A stretch of 63,375 nt of DNA, filler included, from Octopus bimaculoides (lineage: Eukaryota), in NCBI RefSeq assembly GCF_001194135.2. It is 4 parts of 4 records of this genome, joined end to end, with 100 filler letters (N's around TTAATTAATTAA, not from the genome) between each part and the next. Parts side by side here need not be neighbours in the genome. Positions count along the whole stretch, not along the records: positions 30,644 to 57,424 come from NC_068988.1; positions 57,525 to 61,692 come from NC_068987.1; positions 61,793 to 63,375 come from NW_026295632.1; 1 more part is not named here. One strand, 5' to 3'. Positions 50,651 to 63,310 of the stretch are shown piece after piece (the first letter of the stretch is position 1; the number at the start of each line of letters is the position of its first letter). The notes beneath the pieces were generated by a model that was not told the origin of the DNA, made no database searches, and saw nothing but the letters and a program-made list of their open reading frames with translations. Position numbers and translations under genes: made by a program.

Positions 50651-51309
50651 NNNNNNNNNNNNNNNNNNNNNNNNNNNNNNNNNNNNNNNNNNNNNNNNNN
50701 NNNNNNNNNNNNNNNNNNNNNNNNNNNNNNNNNNNNNNNNNNNNNNNNNNNNNNNNNNNNNNNNNNNNNNNNNNNNNNNNNNNNNNNNNNNNNNNNNNNN
50801 NNNNNNNNNNNNNNNNNNNNNNNNNNNNNNNNNNNNNNNNNNNNNNNNNNNNNNNNNNNNNNNNNNNNNNNNNNNNNNNNNNNNNNNNNNNNNNNNNNNN
50901 NNNNNNNNNNNNNNNNNNNNNNNNNNNNNNNNNNNNNNNNNNNNNNNNNNNNNNNNNNNNNNNNNNNNNNNNNNNNNNNNNNNNNNNNNNNNNNNNNNNN
51001 NNNNNNNNNNNNNNNNNNNNNNNNNNNNNNNNNNNNNNNNNNNNNNNNNNNNNNNNNNNNNNNNNNNNNNNNNNNNNNNNNNNNNNNNNNNNNNNNNNNN
51101 NNNNNNNNNNNNNNNNNNNNNNNNNNNNNNNNNNNNNNNNNNNNNNNNNNNNNNNNNNNNNNNNNNNNNNNNNNNNNNNNNNNNNNNNNNNNNNNNNNNN
51201 NNNNNNNNNNNNNNNNNNNNNNNNNNNNNNNNNNNNNNNNNNNNNNNNNNNNNNNNNNNNNNNNNNNNNNNNNNNNNNNNNNNNNNNNNATTAAATGACA
51301 TATGAAGGA

Positions 51310-51535
51310 CCAGCCTGCTATAAAGTGGGGAAGAAAACTCTCAACTTAACCACTTAACCACCGATCTCACTGGGACCAACAGAAATTATGATCCAGGTTA
51401 ATTTATTACCGGCTTTTTAGCTGAGATAATATGTTAAATTTCACTCGTTTGCCCGCTCTCTGTTGGTCCGTTACATTTTCTCAGTGAGATTGGTGGTTAA
51501 GTTAGGGTTTTTTCTTCCACTTTGTGGCAAGCTTG
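51310..51535. mobile_element. Small MITE-like inverted repeat
   Basis: AAAGTGGGGAAGAAAA..AACTTAACCACCGATCTCACTG..GGACCAACAGA inverts to TCTGTTGGTCC..CAGTGAGATTGGTGGTTAAGTT..TTTTCTTCCACTTT. Confidence 0.7.
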
Positions 51536-51636
51536 TATATCGTGTACCCTTTGATATATAATTAAGAAATTAATGTATAGCTGTTTAATGCTTATATCAC
51601 TGGCTACCACTAATGTTATTGTTATTATTATCAATT

Positions 51637-51850
51637 AGGGCGGTGAGCTGGCAGAATCGTTAGCACGCTGGGCAAAATTCTTTACGGTATTTCGTCCGTC
51701 TTCACGTTCAAATTCCGCCGAGGTTGACTTTGCCTTTCATCCTTTCGGTATCGATTAAACAAGTACCAGTTACACACTGGGGTCGATATAATCGGCTTAA
51801 TCCCGTCCCCCAAATTTGAGGCCTAGTGCTTCCAGTAGAAAGTTATAGTT
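51637..51850 (+). mobile_element. SINE family A, near full length
   Basis: GGCGGTGAGCTGGCAGAATCGTTAGCACGC..GTTCAAATTCCGCCGAGGTTGACTTTGCCTTTCATCC. Confidence 0.85.
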
Positions 51851-51892
51851 ATTATTGTTATCAATTTTCTAGATTTGCCGTTGATGATGATG

Positions 51893-51937
<45 letters not shown>

Positions 51938-51986
51938 TGTTGATGAGTATTCATTTTGAATATTTACTGATTCTTATGTATACACA

Positions 51987-52036
<50 letters not shown>

Positions 52037-52229
52037 CACATACATATACATATAATTATATGTATATGTATAATTATAAATATATGTATAATTATATGTA
52101 TTATATGTATATGTATAATTATAAATATATGCATAATTATATGTATGTATAATTATATGTATTATATGTATATGTATAATTATATGTATAATATTATATA
52201 TATAAAATATATGTATAATTATAAATATA

Positions 52230-52286
<57 letters not shown>

Positions 52287-52800
52287 NNNNNNNNNNNNNN
52301 NNNNNNNNNNNNNNNNNNNNNNNNNNNNNNNNNNNNNNNNNNNNNNNNNNNNNNNNNNNNNNNNNNNNNNNNNNNNNNNNNNNNNNNNNNNNNNNNNNNN
52401 NNNNNNNNNNNNNNNNNNNNNNNNNNNNNNNNNNNNNNNNNNNNNNNNNNNNNNNNNNNNNNNNNNNNNNNNNNNNNNNNNNNNNNNNNNNNNNNNNNNN
52501 NNNNNNNNNNNNNNNNNNNNNNNNNNNNNNNNNNNNNNNNNNNNNNNNNNNNNNNNNNNNNNNNNNNNNNNNNNNNNNNNNNNNNNNNNNNNNNNNNNNN
52601 NNNNNNNNNNNNNNNNNNNNNNNNNNNNNNNNNNNNNNNNNNNNNNNNNNNNNNNNNNNNNNNNNNNNNNNNNNNNNNNNNNNNNNNNNNNNNNNNNNNN
52701 NNNNNNNNNNNNNNNNNNNNNNNNNNNNNNNNNNNNNNNNNNNNNNNNNNNNNNNNNNNNNNNNNNNNNNNNNNNNNNNNNNNNNNNNNNNNNNNNNNNN

Positions 52801-52845
<45 letters not shown>

Positions 52846-53254
52846 TGTGTGTGCGTTCATGCATGCAAGGAATTCGGTTGATAACAGTATCGCTAAATGT
52901 CTATGAGAGCCCATATTTCATATCAACCAATAGATTAAGGTATTTTATACAGAGTTTGATAATTCACCGGGAAATATTCGGTTCAGTAACTAAAATCAAC
53001 AAAATTAAAGATTACAGGGAAATCGTTTCATATTCAGCTGGTGCTAATGGAATCATATACTGGAATATACATATATTCCAGTATATATATATACATTTCA
53101 TATATGTATGTATGAAATGTATATATATGTACAAATGTATGAATGTGTATATGTATAGGTACACACACACAAAACACACACACGCAAACACACACACATA
53201 TATATCTATGCATGCATACATGACAACATATATGTATGCAAATGTGTGTATATA

Positions 53255-54108
53255 CAGGATGCGATAGGTAAATTGTCGCATTTTCATACTTTTAATGTTG
53301 TGCATGCGCATTGTTTGCTTTTGATTTTGTCGACTACACAGTATAGTAGGGTCAGATGGGCACTGTCTGTGTGGAAACCAGCACCATGACGCAATTCACT
53401 CTGCCAGAAATTTGGAAGCGACATGCTGTATTGCTTGGCATTCGCGCCGGAAGCTCCAATACGAACATTTCAGAGTGTTTAGGTGCCAATCTGAGGACAG
53501 TGCTGAGGATTCAAAAAGAGTTGGATGAGTCTAATTAATGGTGATTATATAAAGGTACAGCAACTCGGAATACACTTTGATCGTTCTGATAAGAAAAGAA
53601 CTCCTTAATTTGCTGGTGAGATCCAGGCCATGATTGTCAACGATCCCTCCACGTCAATCAGGTGCATCTGCCAGGATCAGATGGTGAACACACAGAACGT
53701 GTACCCAAAACATGTATGAGAGTGATAAAAATCAAACGTGCAGTCAACATATAGGTGCTTGGAGTGATCAAATTGGCTATCAGATAATTTCTGTGACCAC
53801 ACCACGCCTAACATCTGGCCACCTAACTCCCCAGACTACCACCCCCTTGAATATTATGTGTGGGGCGCAGTTGTGCGAGAGATCAACAACACTCCTTGTA
53901 ACACCAAAGATGAACTGAAGGCAAGGATTGTGGCAGCATTCACCAATTTAAACAAGGAAACCGTCCAGAAGAGTTGCAGGAGACTCCAAAATCTTCTGGG
54001 GGGCCGTGGTTGAAGCCAAAGCGATTTCATTGAATAAATTGACTCTTTATGTGATGTGTTATTTTCATTTTTGTACAATTTAGAGGACAATTTATTCACC
54101 ACACCCAG
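53255..54108 (+). mobile_element. Internally deleted Tc1/mariner (maT/DD37D-like) element
   Basis: N-terminus MTQFTLPEIWKRHAVLLGIRAG; C-terminus WPPNSPD..EYYVWGAV..NTKDELKARIVAAF. Imperfect 23 bp TIRs CAGGATGCGATAGGTAAATTGTC / GACAATTTATTCACCACACCCAG, each flanked by TA. Confidence 0.8.
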
Positions 54109-54142
54109 TACATGTGTATATGCTTATGTGTTTGTGTATGTA

Positions 54143-54200
<58 letters not shown>

Positions 54201-54323
54201 CATTAGCATATATGTATTTATATCTATTGTGTGATTTTTAGATAGACTGACAGGCAGACAGACGGACAGATAGATAGATAGACAGATAGACAGACAGACA
54301 TACAGATAGACAGACAGACATAC

Positions 54324-54365
<42 letters not shown>

Positions 54366-55139
54366 ATTCCTCGTCAGTGTTGAACACAACTGACTTTGAG
54401 TGTAAGGGTATCGCATAGACATAAGTATCTTAACTTCATTCTCAGGCTGATCAGCCTGATACAATGTGTATCAAACTTTTGGAAAGCAAGCACAATGAAT
54501 CTGATAAGAGTTTGTTGGGCTTTTTTTCTGTTTTTTGTTTTGTTTTTGTTTCGCACTCTCCGTACCACGATTTCACAGATAAGACGCCCTAGAAAAGGAT
54601 GTTTTCTCAAAAAGACAGGTAGTGAAAGCGATCTGAAGGATTGTGCGGTTGCAAGGTGAATTTCCTACATATTCAGCTATACTTTACCTGTACATGCATT
54701 TGATGGCCATCTCCTCTTTGATGAACTGATCTCTTGTATACGTAATTGATTTTTCCTAGCGTGATGTCTCAAACTACCTTTGAGTCTTGAGAGTCATTTG
54801 AAGAGCAGATCACATATACAGTAGTAATGTCTCGTTTGAGCATTGGCTCCATTTTCCGTGTGTAATATGAGCATTCAAGTGCCGCTTCAGGTTTTTGGTG
54901 GGTTTTGTTTTGTTTTGTTTTGTTTTTCTTTTGCATTGAAAGTGGCCATCCACAATGAAATACTAATCTGGAAAGAAATCTTAATGCCTTATCCAAACAG
55001 GCCCGCTGTTGCGATCTCATACCAGCGTATACTTCATGCATAAAGAGTATTTAAAGAAGGAAGTAGAAACACAACTCTATTTATATCAATCCTGTTTTTA
55101 AGAAAATTTTCTTTTGATTTCGGCCTACTTTTACTCTGA

Positions 55140-55570
55140 CAAGCTCAAAATTTTTCACACCATTCCAAATCGTAGATCTCCACGCTTTCCCATTTTCTGC
55201 AAGTGGTGATTCAAGAGTTTTGTAACTTAAGGCATTTCAAATTTGATTTTAAAACATCTTTGTATCTGCGAATATTTATATTTATATTTAGTTGAACCTG
55301 ATATTTGAGACGCCGCTTATACAGACTATGAAGTGAAACGATTCGAACTCAGACCCTTGGGAAACATTACTGATGGCTGACACTGGGTTTCATTGTCCAT
55401 CACAAACAAGTTGGGTTCTTTTCACCGAGAAATAATTTATCTGGTGTAGTAATTAACCACGGATTCCAATACTGGACAACTTTTACAGTGGGATGTAGTC
55501 GTGGATTTCTTTACTGAAATCAAAGTATGTAACATCAGAGTTCGCGCCCTCTTTCTTGCAAACAATGTTA
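55140..55570 (-). mobile_element. Decayed CR1-group reverse transcriptase fragment
   Basis: Minus strand DVTYFDFSKE..KLSSIGIRG*LL..RTQLV..SNVSQGS..IFAD-TK, matching RT motifs D.SKAFD, VPQGS and FADDTK. Confidence 0.7.
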
Positions 55571-56419
55571 CAAGAATCAGCTGTATTTTTTATGAAATAT
55601 ATACTTTACCTCACACTGAATATAGAAACTATGATTAACCCGTTAACATTCAGATTTCTTTGTCAAATGTATTGCATTTGAATTAACCACTCAATATCCA
55701 GACGCTTCAAGATTTCAGTGGTGCGTTTGTATATTTTTAGAATGACATTGCTGGGAAAGTGTGAAAGGCTGAATGTGGTCAGTTTTTACACATAACAAAG
55801 GTAGAATATTTGGGCCGGATATTGTCGGATTAAATGTTAAAGAGTTAAACAATAGGACTGTCCGTAACTTAACTGGAAGATGAGATTAACTACTTACAAC
55901 ATGTGGTAGACACCGGAGACCTCGCTTAGGTCCTCCTAGAAGCTGACATAATTTTGGAAAACTACTTATGTAAAGCAAATATTATCAGCTCTCAGTAATC
56001 ACATATATATTATGGGTTAATAATTACCTACGTGGATTATTTTATTAGGGTCACGTACACACTGTATTTGAAATTAAATTTGTCATTACGATTAGAAAGT
56101 TGTTTAAATAAACTTATATTCAAATATGCTTTTAAAATAGATCGTTTGGTTAATACACGAGGGAATCAGAAAACAAACAGGAGAAAAGATTAGATAGATT
56201 AGTTTAGGATCTAGCTAAATCCACGTAAGTTTTAGATTACTTCCTCGTAGCTGCTGAGAAAATATAGTGATAACGCTTATGGAAAATGTAAACGATATCA
56301 GTAATGAACTCCAGGCATTACACACTAGTCTATCTTCAGTGTGAGGCTAAATATGAAACATTTTAATGAAAATTTGATGTTTAAAAGCGCGTTCTGTTCG
56401 TTGGAGGCTGCCTCATAAT

Positions 56420-56490
<71 letters not shown>

Positions 56491-56491
56491 C

Positions 56492-56534
<43 letters not shown>

Positions 56535-56707
56535 CGAGGCAGAGACAGAGAGACAGAGACAGACAGAGACACACAAAGACATACATACAGACAGCGACAT
56601 ACATACATACATACATACAGACAGGCAAGCAGGCAGGCAGACGGAGACAGATAGATAGACCGACAGACAGATAGTCAGTCAGTCAGGCAAGTAGGCAGAG
56701 AGAGAGA

Positions 56708-56755
<48 letters not shown>

Positions 56756-57111
56756 AACAGAGGCAGTGTGCGGTGCTCAAGGGGAGAGAATTACTTCTTT
56801 TTTCTCTTGCTTTATGTTGAGAAATTCTTATCGGAGGGTGAAAAAAAAATGAAGAGAGTCAAGAGCATACGTGTTTTCTCATACGATTCTTTTATTATTG
56901 ATATTTTAAGATTTACTTTGAAGACAAAGATAATAAAGATGGAGGAATAATGATGATAATGATGGTGACAACGACGATGACGATGATGATGATGATGTCG
57001 ATGGTGGTAAGTGGTGGTTGTTTCTCATTTTGACTGCTGCCATGCTGGAGCACCAGTTGATTAACATCATCATCATCATCGTCATTATTATTATCATTTA
57101 TTATTATTATT

Positions 57112-57424
57112 GTTCAGTAGTTTTATTTTTATAACGTGCTTTCACTTCACTACCGAGCGCAGCTCTGTGCGCCTTGGGTATGTGCTGTGGTTTGCTGTGG
57201 TGCTCTTATGTTTACTGTATTGAAAGTGTTTTGCGTAGAATGTGTGCAGTACCCAGTAGTGCAATTTTCTGTATTTTATATATATTTGTAAGTCCTGGTG
57301 TTTTTGTTATGTATTTGTCTGAATATTTTTTTATTATACCTAAGGCACCTACTATGATAGGAATTGTTTCTGTTTTTAGATTCCACATTCGAGTTATCTC
57401 TATTTCCAGGTCTTTGTATTTTGA
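57112..57424 (-). mobile_element. R4/Dong-like non-LTR retrotransposon 3' end (REL endonuclease C-terminus and 3' UTR)
   Basis: SKYKDLEIEITRMWNLKTETIPIIVGALG..IQKIALLGTAHILRKTLSIQ* (stop at 57212). The 3' UTR has a GCGCA-CAGAGC-TGCGC hairpin and runs into (TAA)n. Confidence 0.85.
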
Positions 57425-57532
57425 NNNNNNNNNNNNNNNNNNNNNNNNNNNNNNNNNNNNNNNNNNNNTTAATTAATTAANNNNNNNNNNNNNNNNNNNN
57501 NNNNNNNNNNNNNNNNNNNNNNNNATATATGC

Positions 57533-57619
57533 TCTTTACTCTTTTACTCTTTTACTTGTTTCAGTCATTTGACTGCGGCCATGCTGGAGCACCGCCTTTA
57601 GTCGAGCAAATCGACCCCG
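57533..57619 (-). mobile_element. Well-preserved SINE family B tail
   Basis: (TTTTACTC)n-TTGTTTCAGTCATTTGACTGCGGCCATGCTGGAGCACCGCC. Confidence 0.85.
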
Positions 57620-58162
57620 CTAAGTGACGATGTATGTGTATATAGCTATATGTGTTACTTGTGCATGTATATTTATATGTGTCTGCTGCCTATGGACGCG
57701 TGTGTTCATGAGCGTAAGTCTATATATGCAATATGCGTGTATGTGCGTATATGTCTATATATGTATCCTGTGTTTGTATATATTGGTATGTATGCTTGTA
57801 TGCACGACTTAGGCACGTGCACGCATACATGTATGTGTGCGAATGTCTATATATGTAAATACACGTATGTGAATATATGTTTGTATATGCAATTACTGTA
57901 TGCACGCATATGTATGTATGAATAATTTGTATATGTCTGTATATGACCTGTTTATGCAGGTGTATGCCTAAAGTGTAAATCTGTGTATGTTTGTATATGT
58001 CCATATTTGTAAATCTGTGTATGCGAGTATATATATTTATATGTAATTAGCGTATGTGCGCATATATATGTATATATATATGCATAATGTGCATGTGCGT
58101 GTGAGCATATATGTAGTTATGTATAATGTGTGCAAGTGTACATACCAGAATATGTGTAACTC

Positions 58163-58235
<73 letters not shown>

Positions 58236-58305
58236 AGCATTTGCAGTTATGTGTACTATGTGTATGCGTATGTATATATCTATATCTGTAATTTCTGTAT
58301 GCATA

Positions 58306-58621
58306 TACGAGCGGGGTACCCAAAAGAAACCAGAATTTTGCAATTTTGTAACTCTTGTTTTAGTTCACGACACGCATTCAGTCGTGACTGCTTTTGATCT
58401 TCCGTGAGCAAGTGAGGCACAAATTTTACTACAACTCTTTTCATTTGCCCAGAATTCGATGGCAGGAGCTCCAGGTTACTCCAGTCATATCAACAAGTTC
58501 GTCAATTGTTCGGTGATGATCTTCCAAGATCACTTCATGCATTTTCATGATGTTTTCATTCGTTCGGAAGATCGGTGGTCGTCCTGAACGAGATTGGTCT
58601 TTAAGCAACAAGTGACCATTC
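58306..58621 (-). mobile_element. Mariner remnant (HTH region and a terminal repeat)
   Basis: LKDQSRSGRP..ENIMKMHEVILEDHHRTIDELVDMTGVTWSSCHRIL on the minus strand; TA|CGAGCGGGGTACCCAAAA resembles a mariner TIR. Confidence 0.75.
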
Positions 58622-59346
58622 NNNNNNNNNNNNNNNNNNNNNNNNNNNNNNNNNNNNNNNNNNNNNNNNNNNNNNNNNNNNNNNNNNNNNNNNNNNNNNN
58701 NNNNNNNNNNNNNNNNNNNNNNNNNNNNNNNNNNNNNNNNNNNNNNNNNNNNNNNNNNNNNNNNNNNNNNNNNNNNNNNNNNNNNNNNNNNNNNNNNNNN
58801 NNNNNNNNNNNNNNNNNNNNNNNNNNNNNNNNNNNNNNNNNNNNNNNNNNNNNNNNNNNNNNNNNNNNNNNNNNNNNNNNNNNNNNNNNNNNNNNNNNNN
58901 NNNNNNNNNNNNNNNNNNNNNNNNNNNNNNNNNNNNNNNNNNNNNNNNNNNNNNNNNNNNNNNNNNNNNNNNNNNNNNNNNNNNNNNNNNNNNNNNNNNN
59001 NNNNNNNNNNNNNNNNNNNNNNNNNNNNNNNNNNNNNNNNNNNNNNNNNNNNNNNNNNNNNNNNNNNNNNNNNNNNNNNNNNNNNNNNNNNNNNNNNNNN
59101 NNNNNNNNNNNNNNNNNNNNNNNNNNNNNNNNNNNNNNNNNNNNNNNNNNNNNNNNNNNNNNNNNNNNNNNNNNNNNNNNNNNNNNNNNNNNNNNNNNNN
59201 NNNNNNNNNNNNNNNNNNNNNNNNNNNNATGTGTATGTGTGTGAGTGTCGGGGTGAAATGGGATGGGCGCACGCTGGGTCTGGCTTGTGGAAATAAATGT
59301 CTTGTTTACGTGCAGGAATTGAATTCATGTCACGTTAACTGTGTAC

Positions 59347-59377
<31 letters not shown>

Positions 59378-59752
59378 TACGTGCGTATGTGTGTGTACGT
59401 ACGTGTGTGTGTATGTGTTTGTGTGGCGTGTGTGTGTGTATGTGTGCGTGTATATGTATATACATACATACACATACACATACACACACATATATGTAAA
59501 ATTCTATGTATGTATATATGTATATATGTATAAATATGTATATATGTATAAATATGTATATATGTATATAATGCATATACAGACACACATTAAGTGTGAC
59601 AAATTGTACACATACAAGTATGTATATATGTATGTACACACACACGCGCATAAACACACTCATACACACACACATATATGTATATGCACACACACGCACA
59701 AGTACATATATATGTGTTTGTTATTCACAGACATTTGGATACAATAGTTATA

Positions 59753-61048
59753 CAATACCGTGCAAAAGTCTTCAGCCATTGTTAGCTTGAATAATTGTTT
59801 AGCTTGAATAATTGCTTAGCTTGAATAATTGCTTAGCTTGAATAATTGCTTCCATGCGCCTGGGAAGAGATGCATACAATTACTTCACCATCTTAACAGC
59901 TATGAGATGCCATTCTCTGTAGTTGAGCTTCCACAACTTTTCAAGATTGCGTGGATTCTTCTCACAAACTCTTCTCTCTAGTTTTGTCCACACTTGCTCG
60001 ATGATATTTAAATCATGGTTCTGAGCTGATCAATCTTTCAATACGGTAACATCTTCATCAGCTAGACTGTGTTGTGTTGCACGCGATCTTTGGTTTTGAG
60101 CTCCGTCATGCTGAAAAATCTCACCTTCATCCAAATCTGGTATCAAATTGTCCTTTAGCAACTTCACTGTTTTCGTCGTATAACTTGGGTCGTTTTTGCT
60201 TTCTAATAAGCGAGAATTAGTCAGAAGGCCTCCAGGAGAGCGAAACGACACACGTTACAGGACGAAAACAGTGAAGTTTGGGGGTAAGAGTCTGAGGCTT
60301 TGGAGATATATAAAAAGTGATGGTTCACGAAAGTTGGTTAAAATTGACGGTAACTTGAATAGTGCCAAATACATCCAGTTGCTGAGGAACAATTTAATAC
60401 TAGACTTGGATGAAGATGAGAGCTTTCAGCATGACGGAGCTCCATGCCACAGATCACGTGCAAAAAAACAGAGTCTGGCTGATGAAAGGGTTACCGTATT
60501 GAAAGATTGGCCAGCTCAGAGCCCTGACTTAAATATCATCGAACAAATGTGGACAAAACTAAAGAGAAGAGTTCACTAGAAGAATCCACGCAATCTTGAA
60601 GAGTTGTGGGAGCTCAGCCACAGAGAATGGCATCCTATACCTGTGAAGTTGGAGAAGGATTTGTACACATCTCTTCCCAGGTGCATTGAAGCAATTATTG
60701 AAGCTGAGAGAAGCCACGCGAAATATTAACAATGTACAGTAACTTCTTGAAATGAACATTATGTAATAAATTTTCATTATAGACTTTTTTCTGTTTTAAA
60801 ACAATATCTTGACTGGTTTATGTGAGGTGGCTGAAAACTTTTGCACGGCCATTTTTGGTGGTCGTCTTGCATCTTCACCTCTCATTCAGAACCCCTACTA
60901 CAAAATATAATGATTAGGTATAGAAATGACTCCAACAGGGATAATATTTCATCTGTAGAAAACGCAATGCGAAAGATCCACTTATAAGTTGGCAATTAGT
61001 AGAAATTTTCAATAGTTTAAAGTGGCCGAAGACTTTTGCATGATACTG
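59753..61048 (+). mobile_element. Rearranged Tc1 element: left terminal repeat, inverted transposase 3' segment, forward 3' segment, right IR/DR
   Basis: TA|CAATACCGTGCAAAAGTCTTCAGCCA at 59753; reverse matches at 60828-60848 (inner) and 61023-61048 (outer). Forward FQHDGAPCH..WPAQSPDLNIIE has 35 residues between D and E; a minus-strand homologue lies at ~59840-60200. Confidence 0.88.
59778..59850. repeat. ~16 bp tandem repeat, four copies (TTAGCTTGAATAATTG)
   Basis: Seen directly; the unit is the reverse complement of the transposase C-terminal codons (GCAATTATTGAAGCTGA at ~60691). Confidence 0.9.
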
Positions 61049-62185
61049 TGTAATCAAAGAAAAACATATTAGTTTTATTCTACAATACATCTCCCGACAA
61101 TTGTTTCTGTAGCTACGAAGTAGTTTTGTACAGAAACATGTATTGGAAGATGTTTGACTGAATAAAACTATTTTGTTTTTCTTTCATTATATAATCATTA
61201 TATATACACTGTGGATGATACACTTTCTACACCTACGTCATAATATTCTGTGTACATTAGCATAAACCTACTTTCGGAATGATCTTTACTGTGTAATGGA
61301 TTATATATAGTTGTACAGTGTTGCATATAGACATGCATGACTTTGGAATACTACAGGTTGTTATACACGCACGCACGCAGAGAGAAATAGAGAGAGAGAC
61401 AGAGGACAGTGGGAGAGAGAAAGAGAGAAAGAGAGAAAGAGAGAGAGAGAGGAGTGCGTGGACAAGCTAAAGAAAAGGGTACTCAACACATTTAGTAGGA
61501 GTTACATGTGTTATTCAAAACAGTTTAATTCGGTTCTAAGCGACTTAAAGTTTCGCAGGCCCCTAAGATAAGCCCGTCTCCTTCAGATTTTGGATTGCCG
61601 AATCCAAAGCCTGAAAGGAACAGGGTCCTGTCAGGGTACTTTAAGTTGTATAACCAAATCAAACTGCTTCAAATAATATATATATATATATANNNNNNNN
61701 NNNNNNNNNNNNNNNNNNNNNNNNNNNNNNNNNNNNTTAATTAATTAANNNNNNNNNNNNNNNNNNNNNNNNNNNNNNNNNNNNNNNNNNNNGAGGGTAC
61801 CCAATTATTGTTACACTAGTGTTATACCAAGTGTAATAAGTTCAAAAGTTGGCATATTATTATTATTATTGTTATTATTGTTGCTGTTGTTGTTGTTGTT
61901 ATTATCATCATCATCATTATTATTATTACTATTAGAGTATCAATAACTCCTCCAGAAATAACTTCCACATAGACCCATCCACCACATACAGAACTGACAC
62001 GCATGCACCGAACAAATTTTAACATATAAACAGCTTTCAAAACGCAACGAATAACGTTCATACCAGGGATCATGTACATATGGGAATATTTGTGTATACA
62101 TATATGTATGTATGTACGTATGTGTGAGGAGATATATATATACATATGTATATTTCCCCCTCACATGTGCTGACAGTGACTATTG

Positions 62186-63310
62186 ACGTACATCTGGACA
62201 TATATATGTACTCATCTATCTATACTTTTGTATCCATAGATATCTACGTATGGTTATGTACACAGGCACAGGCATGTGTACTGGAGTGTTTAAAACTATT
62301 TATATGGTCTTATATACTGTTTGTAGGCTTTTTATGTGCCTTATATTTTTATATTTTCATTTTTCATTTATTTTTATTTTTACTTTATTCTTATTTTTAT
62401 TTTTATTTTTTATTTTATATTTGTACTGAATTTTGTGAACCTCTGAAGAGGCCTAGCGAATCATGCATGTACCCCCATTACATCATTTTTATCTGCTAAT
62501 TACTCCGGCGCACAGGAGCTATAGAGATAGAATGGGGCGTGCCGACGCTAGGCTGAAACAGCTATAAGTTTCTGTATATTCTTCAATTGCTAAATGTACT
62601 TTATATTTGTAACCTTAATTGTTAATATGACTTGATATGTCATAAGCATCTGTATATTGTGGTTTTTGTCATTTTAGTTATAAAATAAACAAATCAAATT
62701 AATCAACGGAATACACTGTCTGCAAGTCGATGGATACCACATATTCTCCTCCATTTTCTTATTGCTATATATATATATATAGCAATAAGAAAATGGAGGG
62801 GAATATGAGGTACTCAGCAACTTGTAGACACTGTATTCCGTTGATTAATATGTTTATTTTATAACCAAAATGACAAAAAAGACAATATACAGACACTTAT
62901 GACATACCATGTCATATCAACAATTAAGATTTCAAATTTAAAGATATTTAGCAATTGGAGAAGGGACAAAATCTTACAGCTGTTTTGGCCTAGCATTGGC
63001 ATGCCCCATTCTATCTCTATAGCTCCAGTACGCTGGAGTAAATAGTAGATGAAAATGATGTAATGGGGGTACATGCATGATTCACTAGGCCTCTTCAGAG
63101 ATTTACAAAATTCAATACAAATATAAAATAAGAATTAAAAAAAAATATATAAGGCACATAAAAAGCCTACAAAAAGTATATAAAAACCATATAAATAGTT
63201 ATAAAAACTCCAATATACATGCCTATGCATGTATACATTACCATATGCAGATATACATGGATACAAAAACATAACTACATGAGTACATATATGTGTGCTC
63301 AGATGCACAT
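62186..63310. repeat. ~1.1 kb diverged palindrome (foldback-like) centred on (TA)n
   Basis: Arms 62186-62766 and 62781-63310 are collinear reverse complements, about 80-88% identical by eye; the centre CCATTTTCTTATTGC(TA)8GCAATAAGAAAATGG is a perfect palindrome. Confidence 0.92.

Noticed and set aside
61540-61610. 8 bp hairpin TTTGGATT-GCCG-AATCCAAA near a CTGAAGGA..GAAAC pattern
   Set aside because: The hammerhead core and stem I do not fit, and an isolated hairpin of this size is expected by chance.
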